Shown: positions 1-7,676 of the stretch, piece by piece
How the letters are laid out: every line of letters starts with the position of its first letter
How positions within the stretch are numbered: position 1 is the stretch's first letter
The notes under the pieces: generated by a model
Told to the model about the DNA's origin: nothing
The model's input: the letters and a program-made list of their open reading frames with translations, nothing else
Databases searched by the model: none
Made by a program: the position numbers and the translations under genes
Source of the DNA: a bacterium
GTDB taxonomy: Bacteria > Elusimicrobiota > Elusimicrobia > UBA1565 > UBA9628
Length of the DNA: 64,000 nucleotides
NCBI GenBank assembly: GCA_021810245.1
Contig: JAJZJF010000001.1
Span: 5,582 to 69,581 of the forward strand
Direction of reading: 5' to 3'

Positions 1-392
1 CTCCATCTTCAAAAATAAACTGCGAAGGAATTTCTTTCGCGGCTATCTTACAGAATAGGCAGGAACCCATTGATTATCTTTATTATTATAACCTTTCCAA
101 GTCTCTCCCCGCAAGGCTAAGCACGCCCCCCCCAAGTTCAATATGCTATTGCAACACTTTGAAAAGTGAAGACCTGCGGTAGGATAGGCAGGTATGAGGA
201 AATACAAGCGTATAACGTTGCATGAACGAGAAAAGATTGCAGTTTGGAGAAGCTCGTAATCGTATGTCCAGATCCTTCTCGTTAAAGTATAATGTCCTCA
301 CTGGGTATAGCCTCCTGTTCTCTCAAGAACGAGCTATGCCCTTACTTCTTTTCTACCCGCTCATTAAAGTCCGAACTTTATTTTGCGTTATC

Positions 393-474
393 GCGAATGC
401 GAATTTGCTCCTCAAGCCCGGATTAAACAACTATTGACGGCTGAAGACTAGAAAATTAGGGAAGGTGCGGAATT
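393..474. repeat. Left copy of an 82-bp perfect direct repeat (identical to 11016..11097); it also supplies the last 6 codons and the stop of hsdR
   Basis: I aligned the two stretches by eye. 393..474 and 11016..11097 are identical over 82 bp (gcgaatgcgaatttgctcctcaagcccggattaaac...gggaaggtgcggaatt). Confidence 0.9.
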
Positions 475-2774
475 GTTGGGGAGGGGTTTCGTTCATAGAG
501 ATATTTTTGAAAATCAATAAAAGCGGCGCTGATGGATTCAACGCTGCCAAGTGTTTTTATGGCATCGTCCAGCGCGTGATATTTCAGGGTTAAAAGTTCG
601 GGTAGTTTTTCTCGGTCAAGTTCCTCAACCCCGGTTTCAATATACTTGGAGAGGACAAATTCCAAAAACTCTTTCTGGTTTTCGTTTAATGTGTCGAAGA
701 TATCAAACTGGGCTTTGGCTACGCGCATTTCCCGCGTGATCGGTTTTCCCGCGAAAGAAATGTATTCCAGAACATCGAATAAATCGCTTTTTTCGGCGTC
801 AATTAATTTCTGCAAGCTCGCCAGCTCGTCTTTGCCGTATCCGGCGTCATTAAGTTTTTGAAGCAACGATTTGCGCGTAATGGGACTAGACCAGATTTTA
901 CGCAATTCATCTTCGCTCTTAAAAAAATCGGGCAACTTTCCAAACAGATTTCGTAAAAACTCTTCCGCTGAAACGGGCTTGCCGTCGGCGCTCCAAAAAG
1001 ATGTCGCTATCATGTGTTGGATTTCGCGCTCTTTCCCATCTCGAAGTTTAATTTTGATTTTCTTTCTCGGCTGCGACGGCTCAGGTGGATCGGGCGGCTC
1101 AATAGGAGGTTCCTTGGGCCGTTTTATTTTCGGCTCGGGCTCTATCGGTTCTCCGTCCCATTCAGGATCGGCAAAATGATGATAGGCGTTCACAAAATCA
1201 TAAATAGTGAAATACTCTTTGCCGTCAAAAAGCCGCGTTCCGCGTCCGATGATTTGCTTAAACTCAATCATGGAATTAATCGGACGCATAAGAATGATAT
1301 TGCGGATATTGCGGGCGTCCACTCCAGTGGAGAGCTTCTGCGATGTCGTCAAAATGGTCGGGATAGTCTTTTCATTGTCTTGAAAGTGGCGCAAATACTG
1401 TTCTCCCAGAAGACCATCATTGGCGGTGACGCGCACGCAGTAGTTTGGCTCTTTACTCGTTTTGTATTGATTGACTAAATCACGGACGGCTGTCGCATGA
1501 TCTATAGTGGCGCAGAATACGATGGATTTTTCGTTTTGGTTCATTTCAGATAGAAATATCTGCACTCGTTTGGCTTCGCGCTCTTTAATCTCAATGATTC
1601 TGTTGAAGTCAGGCTCTTTATAAAGTTTTTCTTTTTCTATCTCGCCATCTAAGATCCTGTCATCAGCTGTGTAAATATAGTCATCAATCGTAGTCTTAAT
1701 CCGTTTTATTTTAAAGGGCGTTAGAAAGCCGTCATTGATGCCTTCTTTAAGCGAATAGATATACACGGGTTCGCCGAAATAACGGTAGGTGTCCGCGTTT
1801 TCTTGGCGTTTAGGTGTTGCGGTCAGGCCCAACTGAACAGCGGATGAAAAATATTCCATGATACCCCGCCAGTTGCTTTCGTCATTGGCGCCACCGCGAT
1901 GGCACTCATCGATAATAATGAAATCAAAATAATCGGCGGGGTATTGGCCGAAATAAGGCTGGTTGTTGGGGCCGCTCATGAAAGTCTGGAAAATAGTGAA
2001 GAAAATGCTGGCATTGGTTGGCACCGCGCCCGCTTTTTTGATTTCTTCAGGCCTAATTCGCGCTAAGGCATCTTCGGGAAATGCGGAAAATTCATTAAAG
2101 GCTTGGTCCGCCAGAATGTTCCGATCTGCCAGAAACAAGATGCGCGGTCTTCTTGAACCGTCACGCTTCAAATTCCAACGAGTTTGAAAAAGTTTCCACG
2201 CGATCTGAAAGGCGATAAAAGTTTTTCCCGTGCCTGTCGCTAAGGTCAACAAGATGCGCGGATTTCCATCGGCGATGGCAGACATTGTTTTATTGATCGC
2301 AATTTCCTGATAATAGCGGAGACTTCTCGCTCCACCCATATCGTTAAAAGGAACCTGATTAAATTGATCTCTCCAATGGTTTTTTGGGGCAAAAGATTTA
2401 TTCCAGAGTTCATCCGGCGTAGGAAATTTAGCGACCAAGCCTTCTTCACCGGTTTCCATGCAAATCTGATAAATTTCTTTTCCATTGCTGGAAAAGGTCG
2501 TGTCTAAATGGAGTTTCTCGGCGTAATTCTTGGCTTGCCCTACGCCTTCCCCCACTTCTTCCTCATCGCTTTTCGCTTCAAGAGCGGCGAGTTTTCTACC
2601 CTGGTACATCAACACATAATCGGCGATGAGCGGCTTGGCGCGCCCTCCGCCGGTCTGGATTTTTCCGTTAGTAATGCGATATTCCCGAAGGATTTTAGAA
2701 TTCTCGACTACACCCCAGCCGCTCGCTTTGAGCGCGGGATCAATAAGTTCAGCTCTGGTGTCGGCTTCGTTCAT
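456..2774 (-). CDS. hsdR: Type I restriction enzyme R subunit (HsdR, 772 aa)
   Basis: The N-terminus MNEADTRAELIDPALKASGWGV is the characteristic HsdR start. It has the DEAD-box helicase motifs TGTGKT and DECHR. It is the last gene of the hsdM/hsdS operon, and its start overlaps the stop of the upstream gene (ATGA). Confidence 0.9.
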   Translation of the reverse strand: MNEADTRAELIDPALKASGWGVVENSKILREYRITNGKIQTGGGRAKPLIADYVLMYQGRKLAALEAKSDEEEVGEGVGQAKNYAEKLHLDTTFSSNGKEIYQICMETGEEGLVAKFPTPDELWNKSFAPKNHWRDQFNQVPFNDMGGARSLRYYQEIAINKTMSAIADGNPRILLTLATGTGKTFIAFQIAWKLFQTRWNLKRDGSRRPRILFLADRNILADQAFNEFSAFPEDALARIRPEEIKKAGAVPTNASIFFTIFQTFMSGPNNQPYFGQYPADYFDFIIIDECHRGGANDESNWRGIMEYFSSAVQLGLTATPKRQENADTYRYFGEPVYIYSLKEGINDGFLTPFKIKRIKTTIDDYIYTADDRILDGEIEKEKLYKEPDFNRIIEIKEREAKRVQIFLSEMNQNEKSIVFCATIDHATAVRDLVNQYKTSKEPNYCVRVTANDGLLGEQYLRHFQDNEKTIPTILTTSQKLSTGVDARNIRNIILMRPINSMIEFKQIIGRGTRLFDGKEYFTIYDFVNAYHHFADPEWDGEPIEPEPKIKRPKEPPIEPPDPPEPSQPRKKIKIKLRDGKEREIQHMIATSFWSADGKPVSAEEFLRNLFGKLPDFFKSEDELRKIWSSPITRKSLLQKLNDAGYGKDELASLQKLIDAEKSDLFDVLEYISFAGKPITREMRVAKAQFDIFDTLNENQKEFLEFVLSKYIETGVEELDREKLPELLTLKYHALDDAIKTLGSVESISAAFIDFQKYLYERNPSPTIPHLP

Positions 2775-3607
2775 TGGAGTTTCTTTAAGTCTTTGGGCGG
2801 CGGCAAATAGCTTTCATTGGAAATGACTTTTCTGCCGGTTTTGCTTTCTAGTTCTACTCGGGCCTTTTTAGCGATGCTGCCCCCCGTCTTTGCCGCAGAT
2901 TTATTTTCAGTCATTCCGGTGGCCTCAGCGCTTTCAGCGATCTGGCGTGTGGACAATTCGGCAAGAGCGGTAAAGATCAGCTCCGCCTCAGTCATATGGT
3001 CGCGCAGGTTTTGGGTTTTAAGGCCTTTGAGATTTTTATGTTCCTGAACGCTAATGTCGGCCCATTCCTGATGGATGATGTTGGTCAGAATGGCGTATTC
3101 ATCGCCTTTTTTAATTTTATGATTGGCCCAATAATCGGTTAGCTTATTGCGCGTTTCCTGCCCCGTCATGCGCTGCTCAATCCACTTCTCGCTGCGGCCA
3201 TGTTTTTTCCAAGTTTCGCGGGCGCGGTCAAGGGAAAGCGCGGGGTCAGACATCTCTTGCATCCGTTCGTAACCGACTTTTGCCAGCCAGAGTTTAATGG
3301 GTTCGGCCTTTGGGCTGGGAACGCTCTGCACAAGGCGCAAGAGAGTTTCCGCGGTAGCGGCATCGGTCAGCCGCATCTTCCCGTCATCGGCGGCCATTTT
3401 CAACTGGTAACAATTTGATACCAGTTGACTGCCCTCCTTGGCCAAGCGGCCTTTTAAGACCTTCCAATACTTCCTGGCTGCCTGATAGTCCGGCTGTCGC
3501 GTTAGGACTCGGATAATATCTACGACTGAAAACCACCAGGTTTCGGTCTTTTCATCGTAACTGCGGCGAATCTTATGACCTTCGAAAATAGCTAGATTAT
3601 TTAACAT
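2771..3607 (-). CDS. DinD/RhuM-like Bro-N domain protein (DNA-damage-inducible protein D family)
   Basis: The N-terminal FEGHKIRRSYDEKTETWWFSVVDIIRVL matches the Bro-N/DinD pattern, and the C-terminal layout resembles E. coli DinD. A strong AAGGAGG RBS sits 5 nt upstream of the ATG. The ORF overlaps the hsdR start by 4 nt. Confidence 0.7.
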   Translation of the reverse strand: MLNNLAIFEGHKIRRSYDEKTETWWFSVVDIIRVLTRQPDYQAARKYWKVLKGRLAKEGSQLVSNCYQLKMAADDGKMRLTDAATAETLLRLVQSVPSPKAEPIKLWLAKVGYERMQEMSDPALSLDRARETWKKHGRSEKWIEQRMTGQETRNKLTDYWANHKIKKGDEYAILTNIIHQEWADISVQEHKNLKGLKTQNLRDHMTEAELIFTALAELSTRQIAESAEATGMTENKSAAKTGGSIAKKARVELESKTGRKVISNESYLPPPKDLKKLQ

Positions 3608-3700
3608 TGCATCCTCCTTGATGGCCCATGATATGTATACGATTAGTGGCGCTATTTAGTTCCATTGCTAAGAGTTTTCCACTTGCCGTTCCATAATGTC

Positions 3701-3840
3701 TCATCGGTGGCGGCATCGGCCAGTCGCATCTTGCATCTTCCCATTATCGGCGGCCATTTTCAACTGGTAACAATTTGATACCAGTTGACTGCCTTCTTTG
3801 CCAAGGCGCTCTTTGAGTTTATTCCAATACTTCCTAGTGG
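3701..3840 (-). pseudogene. Diverged partial duplicate of the central part of the DinD-like gene (about 35 codons, RKYWxKLKxRLxKEGSQLVSNCYQLKMAADxGKM)
   Basis: The nucleotide stretch around 3730..3835 is near-identical to around 3368..3470 (ggcggccattttcaactggtaacaatttgataccagttgactgcc...). There is no matching N-terminus, and the reading frame is broken by an indel after GKM. Confidence 0.7.
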
Positions 3841-3872
3841 AGTGTCTTCCATAAATCCATTTACAGTCCGTC

Positions 3873-3963
3873 ACCCCGGCAATCCGTAAGCCGGGGTCCA
3901 GACGCAAGCCTCCTGTCAATTTCAGCCGATCTCTCAAGCCTGGATTCCGGCTTCCGCCGGAAT
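3873..3963 (-). other. Two GC-rich perfect hairpins (accccggc/gccggggt at 3873..3897; attccggc-ttcc-gccggaat at 3944..3963) downstream of the RT gene, with no following T-run
   Basis: The 8-bp perfect stems were read directly from the sequence. They are not followed by U-tracts on the transcribed strand, so they are not classical intrinsic terminators. Confidence 0.5.
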
Positions 3964-4004
3964 GACGAGGGAGCCAAATGGAAAGAAGCGTTGGAGCGAC
4001 TAAA

Positions 4005-5654
4005 CTATTTGGCATTGGCGCCCCTCGGCGATTTGGAATTTTTCGTTGATGATGCCTTAGTTTTTGACGGTGTATGAGGCCTAGAAGGAAATTGGAGGAA
4101 TCTGAAATTCGATTTCTTTAAGATGGATAAAAATGATTGGGCATTCCTTTCCAGATCTTTAGCCGACCATGTTTGATAGATGAGTAGCCATTGCCTGTCG
4201 CGTGCGCGTGAATCGTCGGATTTTAAAGCGTCGGATCTAATTTGAATTTCTTTTTGAATTAGCTTCAGATTGTGGCGTTTAGAATATTCCAGTAAAAGCA
4301 CGGAGAGAAGGCAATCATTCAAATCAAGCGCTTTTAAGAGTTCGGATTCCTGTAGTTTTAGATGGGTCTCATGCTTCAGTGCGTAGTAAAGTGCATACGC
4401 TATTGCATCGGGATAAATCTTCTTGAGCCCAATACGAATCAGATTCGCTGCAAATCCCGCCACAGCAACACCCAGTTTTTCATGCGGATATTGGTCAAAG
4501 ACATGTTGGTCCAAAATGGGAGCTAGGTATGGATAAGCGAGTACCAGGTTGATGGCCTCTTGGAGATACATCTTCCGCGCTCGCTGGTTGAGGTTTCTCG
4601 GCATCATTTTAATTGCGTAATTAAGAGGAGAGGATGTGCTATTTAATTGCGAAAGCTCAATGGCCAAATCAAGAAAAGAACGGATATTTGAATACTTGAC
4701 GTCTTCACCACTAGGAAATACAAATCGATTCAACTCCCGAACCCAATTTTCCTCGCTTGGCCTAGGGAGGGGAAATATCCGTGTCTTCTTCTCATTGATC
4801 GTCAACTCGTATTCTCTTAAGGCTAACCCGAGGTCATGGAGGAATTGTTCGGCTTCATCACGCGAGTCAGCGTAGAATTCGTAATCATCGATGTACCGTT
4901 TTAATTTGGTGTATCTCTTTTTCAACATTTCATCATCGATGTGGGTTAGAATAATCTCAGAAATGATATTTGAAGCGTGTGGTCCTATTAGCAATCCATT
5001 GGTCTGACTATCGCGAGTGTGCTGCGTGCACTGATCAAGCATATTCCCATACAGCGTCAGTAGGCGATGGTCTTTCTTAGCGGCATTGCGGCCATGTAGT
5101 GCCCATGGAATTGAATGTGTGTAGATGCTGGGAAAGCACGCTGAGATATCCGTTTTAGCGATGTATTGTGCGCCTGCCATCCACTGGAGCTCGTTCTCCT
5201 CTAACTCAAAGCGATCTGAACCCTTATAATTCATTTCAAAAATCCGACCTCCACTTAGTGGGCGTACATAAACCTGACTCACTCTTCTCTTCGGCTTAGC
5301 GTAATGCGCACGGAGTTTGTCCCAGTGTTGTTTGATAGCGAGTGCTTGAACGGAATAGCTCTCTGGATGAGGGATGCCGAGGTGACGGGGAATGTTAATA
5401 TCGCGTAGCGCCGCATAGCGTATATAGTCATGCGAGCATTTCTTGAGGACTTTCTTAAGTTTTTCCTCATTGGACTGAGAGAAGATATTTTTGAAATGAT
5501 TGCGAGCCATTTCTGCTAGGCCCTTGGAGGTAAAGCAAGGTGGTGGTTTCTCGCCGAAAAGACCGTGATCCAAGAGACCGATTAAGATCGCATCGGCAGT
5601 TAGTTCTCTGTTTCGGGCCAGGAATATTTTCATTGCTGGTTCATAGTTGGCCAT
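4005..5654 (-). CDS. Stand-alone reverse transcriptase (549 aa) of Abi/DRT-like defence type, with an RT domain and a C-terminal alpha-helical domain of about 220 aa
   Basis: RT motif 1/2 is TDISACFPSIYTHSIPWAL, and the finger/palm region is GLLIGPHASNIISEIILTHIDDEM. The catalytic motif C is YIDDYEFYA (YxDD). There is no maturase/X domain, endonuclease or Cas domain. The ATG sits 14 nt upstream of the hsdS stop, so the two are translationally coupled. Local GC is lower, about 40%. Confidence 0.8.
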   Translation of the reverse strand: MANYEPAMKIFLARNRELTADAILIGLLDHGLFGEKPPPCFTSKGLAEMARNHFKNIFSQSNEEKLKKVLKKCSHDYIRYAALRDINIPRHLGIPHPESYSVQALAIKQHWDKLRAHYAKPKRRVSQVYVRPLSGGRIFEMNYKGSDRFELEENELQWMAGAQYIAKTDISACFPSIYTHSIPWALHGRNAAKKDHRLLTLYGNMLDQCTQHTRDSQTNGLLIGPHASNIISEIILTHIDDEMLKKRYTKLKRYIDDYEFYADSRDEAEQFLHDLGLALREYELTINEKKTRIFPLPRPSEENWVRELNRFVFPSGEDVKYSNIRSFLDLAIELSQLNSTSSPLNYAIKMMPRNLNQRARKMYLQEAINLVLAYPYLAPILDQHVFDQYPHEKLGVAVAGFAANLIRIGLKKIYPDAIAYALYYALKHETHLKLQESELLKALDLNDCLLSVLLLEYSKRHNLKLIQKEIQIRSDALKSDDSRARDRQWLLIYQTWSAKDLERNAQSFLSILKKSNFRFLQFPSRPHTPSKTKASSTKNSKSPRGANAK

Positions 5655-6792
5655 GAAAGGCTTGGCGCAACAGCGATTTCTTCAACTCATCAAGCGCGGC
5701 GAGTTTTTTCTTATAGATGGCTTCGAGATACTGGGTTTCATTCGACAATTCATTGAGTTTTTCAGTAATTTTGATCTGTATCGCAAGCGGAGGAATATTG
5801 ATGGGAAACCCCCTAAGATAACCAAGGCCAACGAACTTTTGTGTCGTACCCCTGGCATCCTTCATCATTTTTGAAATTACCAAACCTGAACCCAAGTAAT
5901 ACTTCAGAAACGCGCCATTTTGTCCTGGAGGGACCTTGAACAATGCGACATTCTTTATCGCAAACTTTGGCTCAATAGTTACACGCGTTGGATTGCCAAT
6001 CGTTCCAATCATCGCAAACAATACGTCTCCTTTGTGAACCGCGCTTCGCTCGTTGATTTTATTGTAATCCTGTTCATTGATCAGATTAACTTTATCGAAC
6101 GATAACCCTTCATGTTTTAGGTTCTTCGATGTTATTAATGGGTAACCGGTCTCATGATATTTCGGCGAATCGTGTGTCCCATCGCGAACATCATACACTT
6201 CTCCCAAACTGGCTTTCACCCACCCCGCGCCGCGCTGGGTAAAGATGGTTTGCAGATGACTTTCAAAAAGCTCGCGGGCATTTCGCAGGTTCTTTTCGGC
6301 GTTGGCTTTGGCTGTGGCGATGCCGTCAAATGCTTTGTCGAGGATGCCGACGATGCGCTTTTGTTCAGGAAGCGGAGGGCATGGAAACTGAAGATCGTAC
6401 AGGGCATTCTTATCGAGATGTGGAATTGCAGCGCCAGTTTTCGCTCCATTGAAGACTTCAAATGTAGAAGCCAAGAATGCCCGAAGGTAGTTGTCATCAA
6501 TTTCCGCTTTCTTGGAAATTTTTCCCATCGTTGAAGAAAGAATGCCTCGGAACCCGGTAAATACTTCGCCAGAATTTGACCCATCACAAATGATGATAGT
6601 CTCTGATGTTTCGACAGCGATGGAGTTTCGATCTTTAAGCGACGCGTATTCAGCATCTTTGCTATTGCGCATAACCTTTGCGACTAAGTAAGGCAAGTCG
6701 CCATTCAATGGAGTTCTTTTTAAAACTGGTTTGCGGCCCTTGATTATTTCACAAACATCGCCAAGACGCTTATATTGCCACCCGTTTTTCAT
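5641..6792 (-). CDS. hsdS: Type I restriction-modification specificity subunit (HsdS)
   Basis: The conserved central HsdS spacer LPEQKRIVGILDKAFDGIATAKANAEKNLRNARELFESHLQ is present, with two variable target-recognition halves. It lies between hsdM and hsdR. Confidence 0.85.
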   Translation of the reverse strand: MKNGWQYKRLGDVCEIIKGRKPVLKRTPLNGDLPYLVAKVMRNSKDAEYASLKDRNSIAVETSETIIICDGSNSGEVFTGFRGILSSTMGKISKKAEIDDNYLRAFLASTFEVFNGAKTGAAIPHLDKNALYDLQFPCPPLPEQKRIVGILDKAFDGIATAKANAEKNLRNARELFESHLQTIFTQRGAGWVKASLGEVYDVRDGTHDSPKYHETGYPLITSKNLKHEGLSFDKVNLINEQDYNKINERSAVHKGDVLFAMIGTIGNPTRVTIEPKFAIKNVALFKVPPGQNGAFLKYYLGSGLVISKMMKDARGTTQKFVGLGYLRGFPINIPPLAIQIKITEKLNELSNETQYLEAIYKKKLAALDELKKSLLRQAFHGQL

Positions 6793-6841
6793 ATCAGCAA
6801 CTTAATTTTCCCTAGCACTCCCGCGCTTTCGGCGTCCAGCG

Positions 6842-7675
6842 CTACTCATCGCCGTCCTTCTTGCCTTCCCTCAACTTTGGCAAACGCCGATCGCCGCTGA
6901 GTATGCGCATTTGTTGGATGGCGATTTGGTTCAGGCGGCGAAGACGCTCGGATTGGACGTGGCCTTCAGCGATAAAGAGCGCATTGAGGTTTTCTAAGTT
7001 AGACAAGCAGACAAGCTGGGCGCTACCGGCCTGATCCCGGATATTTCCTTTTTTGCCTGGATTTTCCCCGCGCCATTGGGCTGCGGTCTTTCCGAACAGC
7101 GCCATGTTTAGCACGTCGGCTTCACTGGCATAGATCAGAGCAGTTTGCGCAGGACTTAACTCAGGCGGAATCAAGTGTTCGCGTACGGCATCGGTGTGAA
7201 TGTGGTAGTTGAGTTTGGCGAGGTTGCGCCGGATGTCCCAGCCGAGCGTCTTATGCTCTTCCTCCTTAAGTCGCTGGAATTCCTTGATGAGATAAAGTTT
7301 GAACTCGACCGAAATCCACGACGCGAATTCAAAGGCGATGTCCTTATGGGCATAGGTGCCGCCGTAGCGCCCGGCTTTGGAAATAACGCCGACGGCGGCG
7401 GTTCTCTGTATCCACTGCTTGGGGGTCAATGTAAAGCTATTGAGCCCGGCCAACTTTTTAATCCCGTCGAATTCGACGGGATTAAAAGCGGGGTTATTGA
7501 TCTGTTCCCAGACCCCTAAAAATTCGATGGTGTTGCGGTTCCGTAGCCAATTGCGGATAAGATCATCGGTGGCATCTTTGTTCTTATAGCGGGCGATGTC
7601 GGTGAGACAGATATAATCCTCTTCCGCGACCGTCAGCATTTGGATCTCACGGCTTAGCACATTGAGCTTGGCCAT
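6842..7675 (-). CDS. KilA-N domain protein embedded between hsdM and hsdS
   Basis: The N-terminus MAKLNVLSREIQMLTVAEEDYICLTDIARYKNKDATDDLIRNWLRNRNTIEFLGVWE matches the KilA-N pattern. The ATG lies 1 nt after the hsdM stop (TAGAATGGCC), and the ORF track start at 7747 is an upstream over-extension. Confidence 0.75.
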   Translation of the reverse strand: MAKLNVLSREIQMLTVAEEDYICLTDIARYKNKDATDDLIRNWLRNRNTIEFLGVWEQINNPAFNPVEFDGIKKLAGLNSFTLTPKQWIQRTAAVGVISKAGRYGGTYAHKDIAFEFASWISVEFKLYLIKEFQRLKEEEHKTLGWDIRRNLAKLNYHIHTDAVREHLIPPELSPAQTALIYASEADVLNMALFGKTAAQWRGENPGKKGNIRDQAGSAQLVCLSNLENLNALFIAEGHVQSERLRRLNQIAIQQMRILSGDRRLPKLREGKKDGDE

Positions 7676-7676
7676 T

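Noticed and set aside
222-437. 71-aa ORF
   Set aside because: It has no RBS or domain. It lies in a noncoding region and runs into the direct repeat, so it is likely spurious.
393-474. 82-bp repeat as the 3-prime end of a tRNA or tmRNA (classical island att site)
   Set aside because: The sequence shows no T-arm (GGTTCGAATCC-like) or acceptor/CCA features, and no cloverleaf could be drawn. The att-site interpretation is kept, but not a tRNA target.
4005-5654. RT as a group II intron maturase, retron RT or DGR RT
   Set aside because: There is no domain X, endonuclease or intron RNA structure around it. No msr/msd-like inverted repeats are immediately upstream, because the gene overlaps hsdS. 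No template or variable-repeat pair and no Avd-like gene were seen. The length and C-terminal helical domain fit Abi/DRT-type RTs better. This remains an inference without HMM searches.
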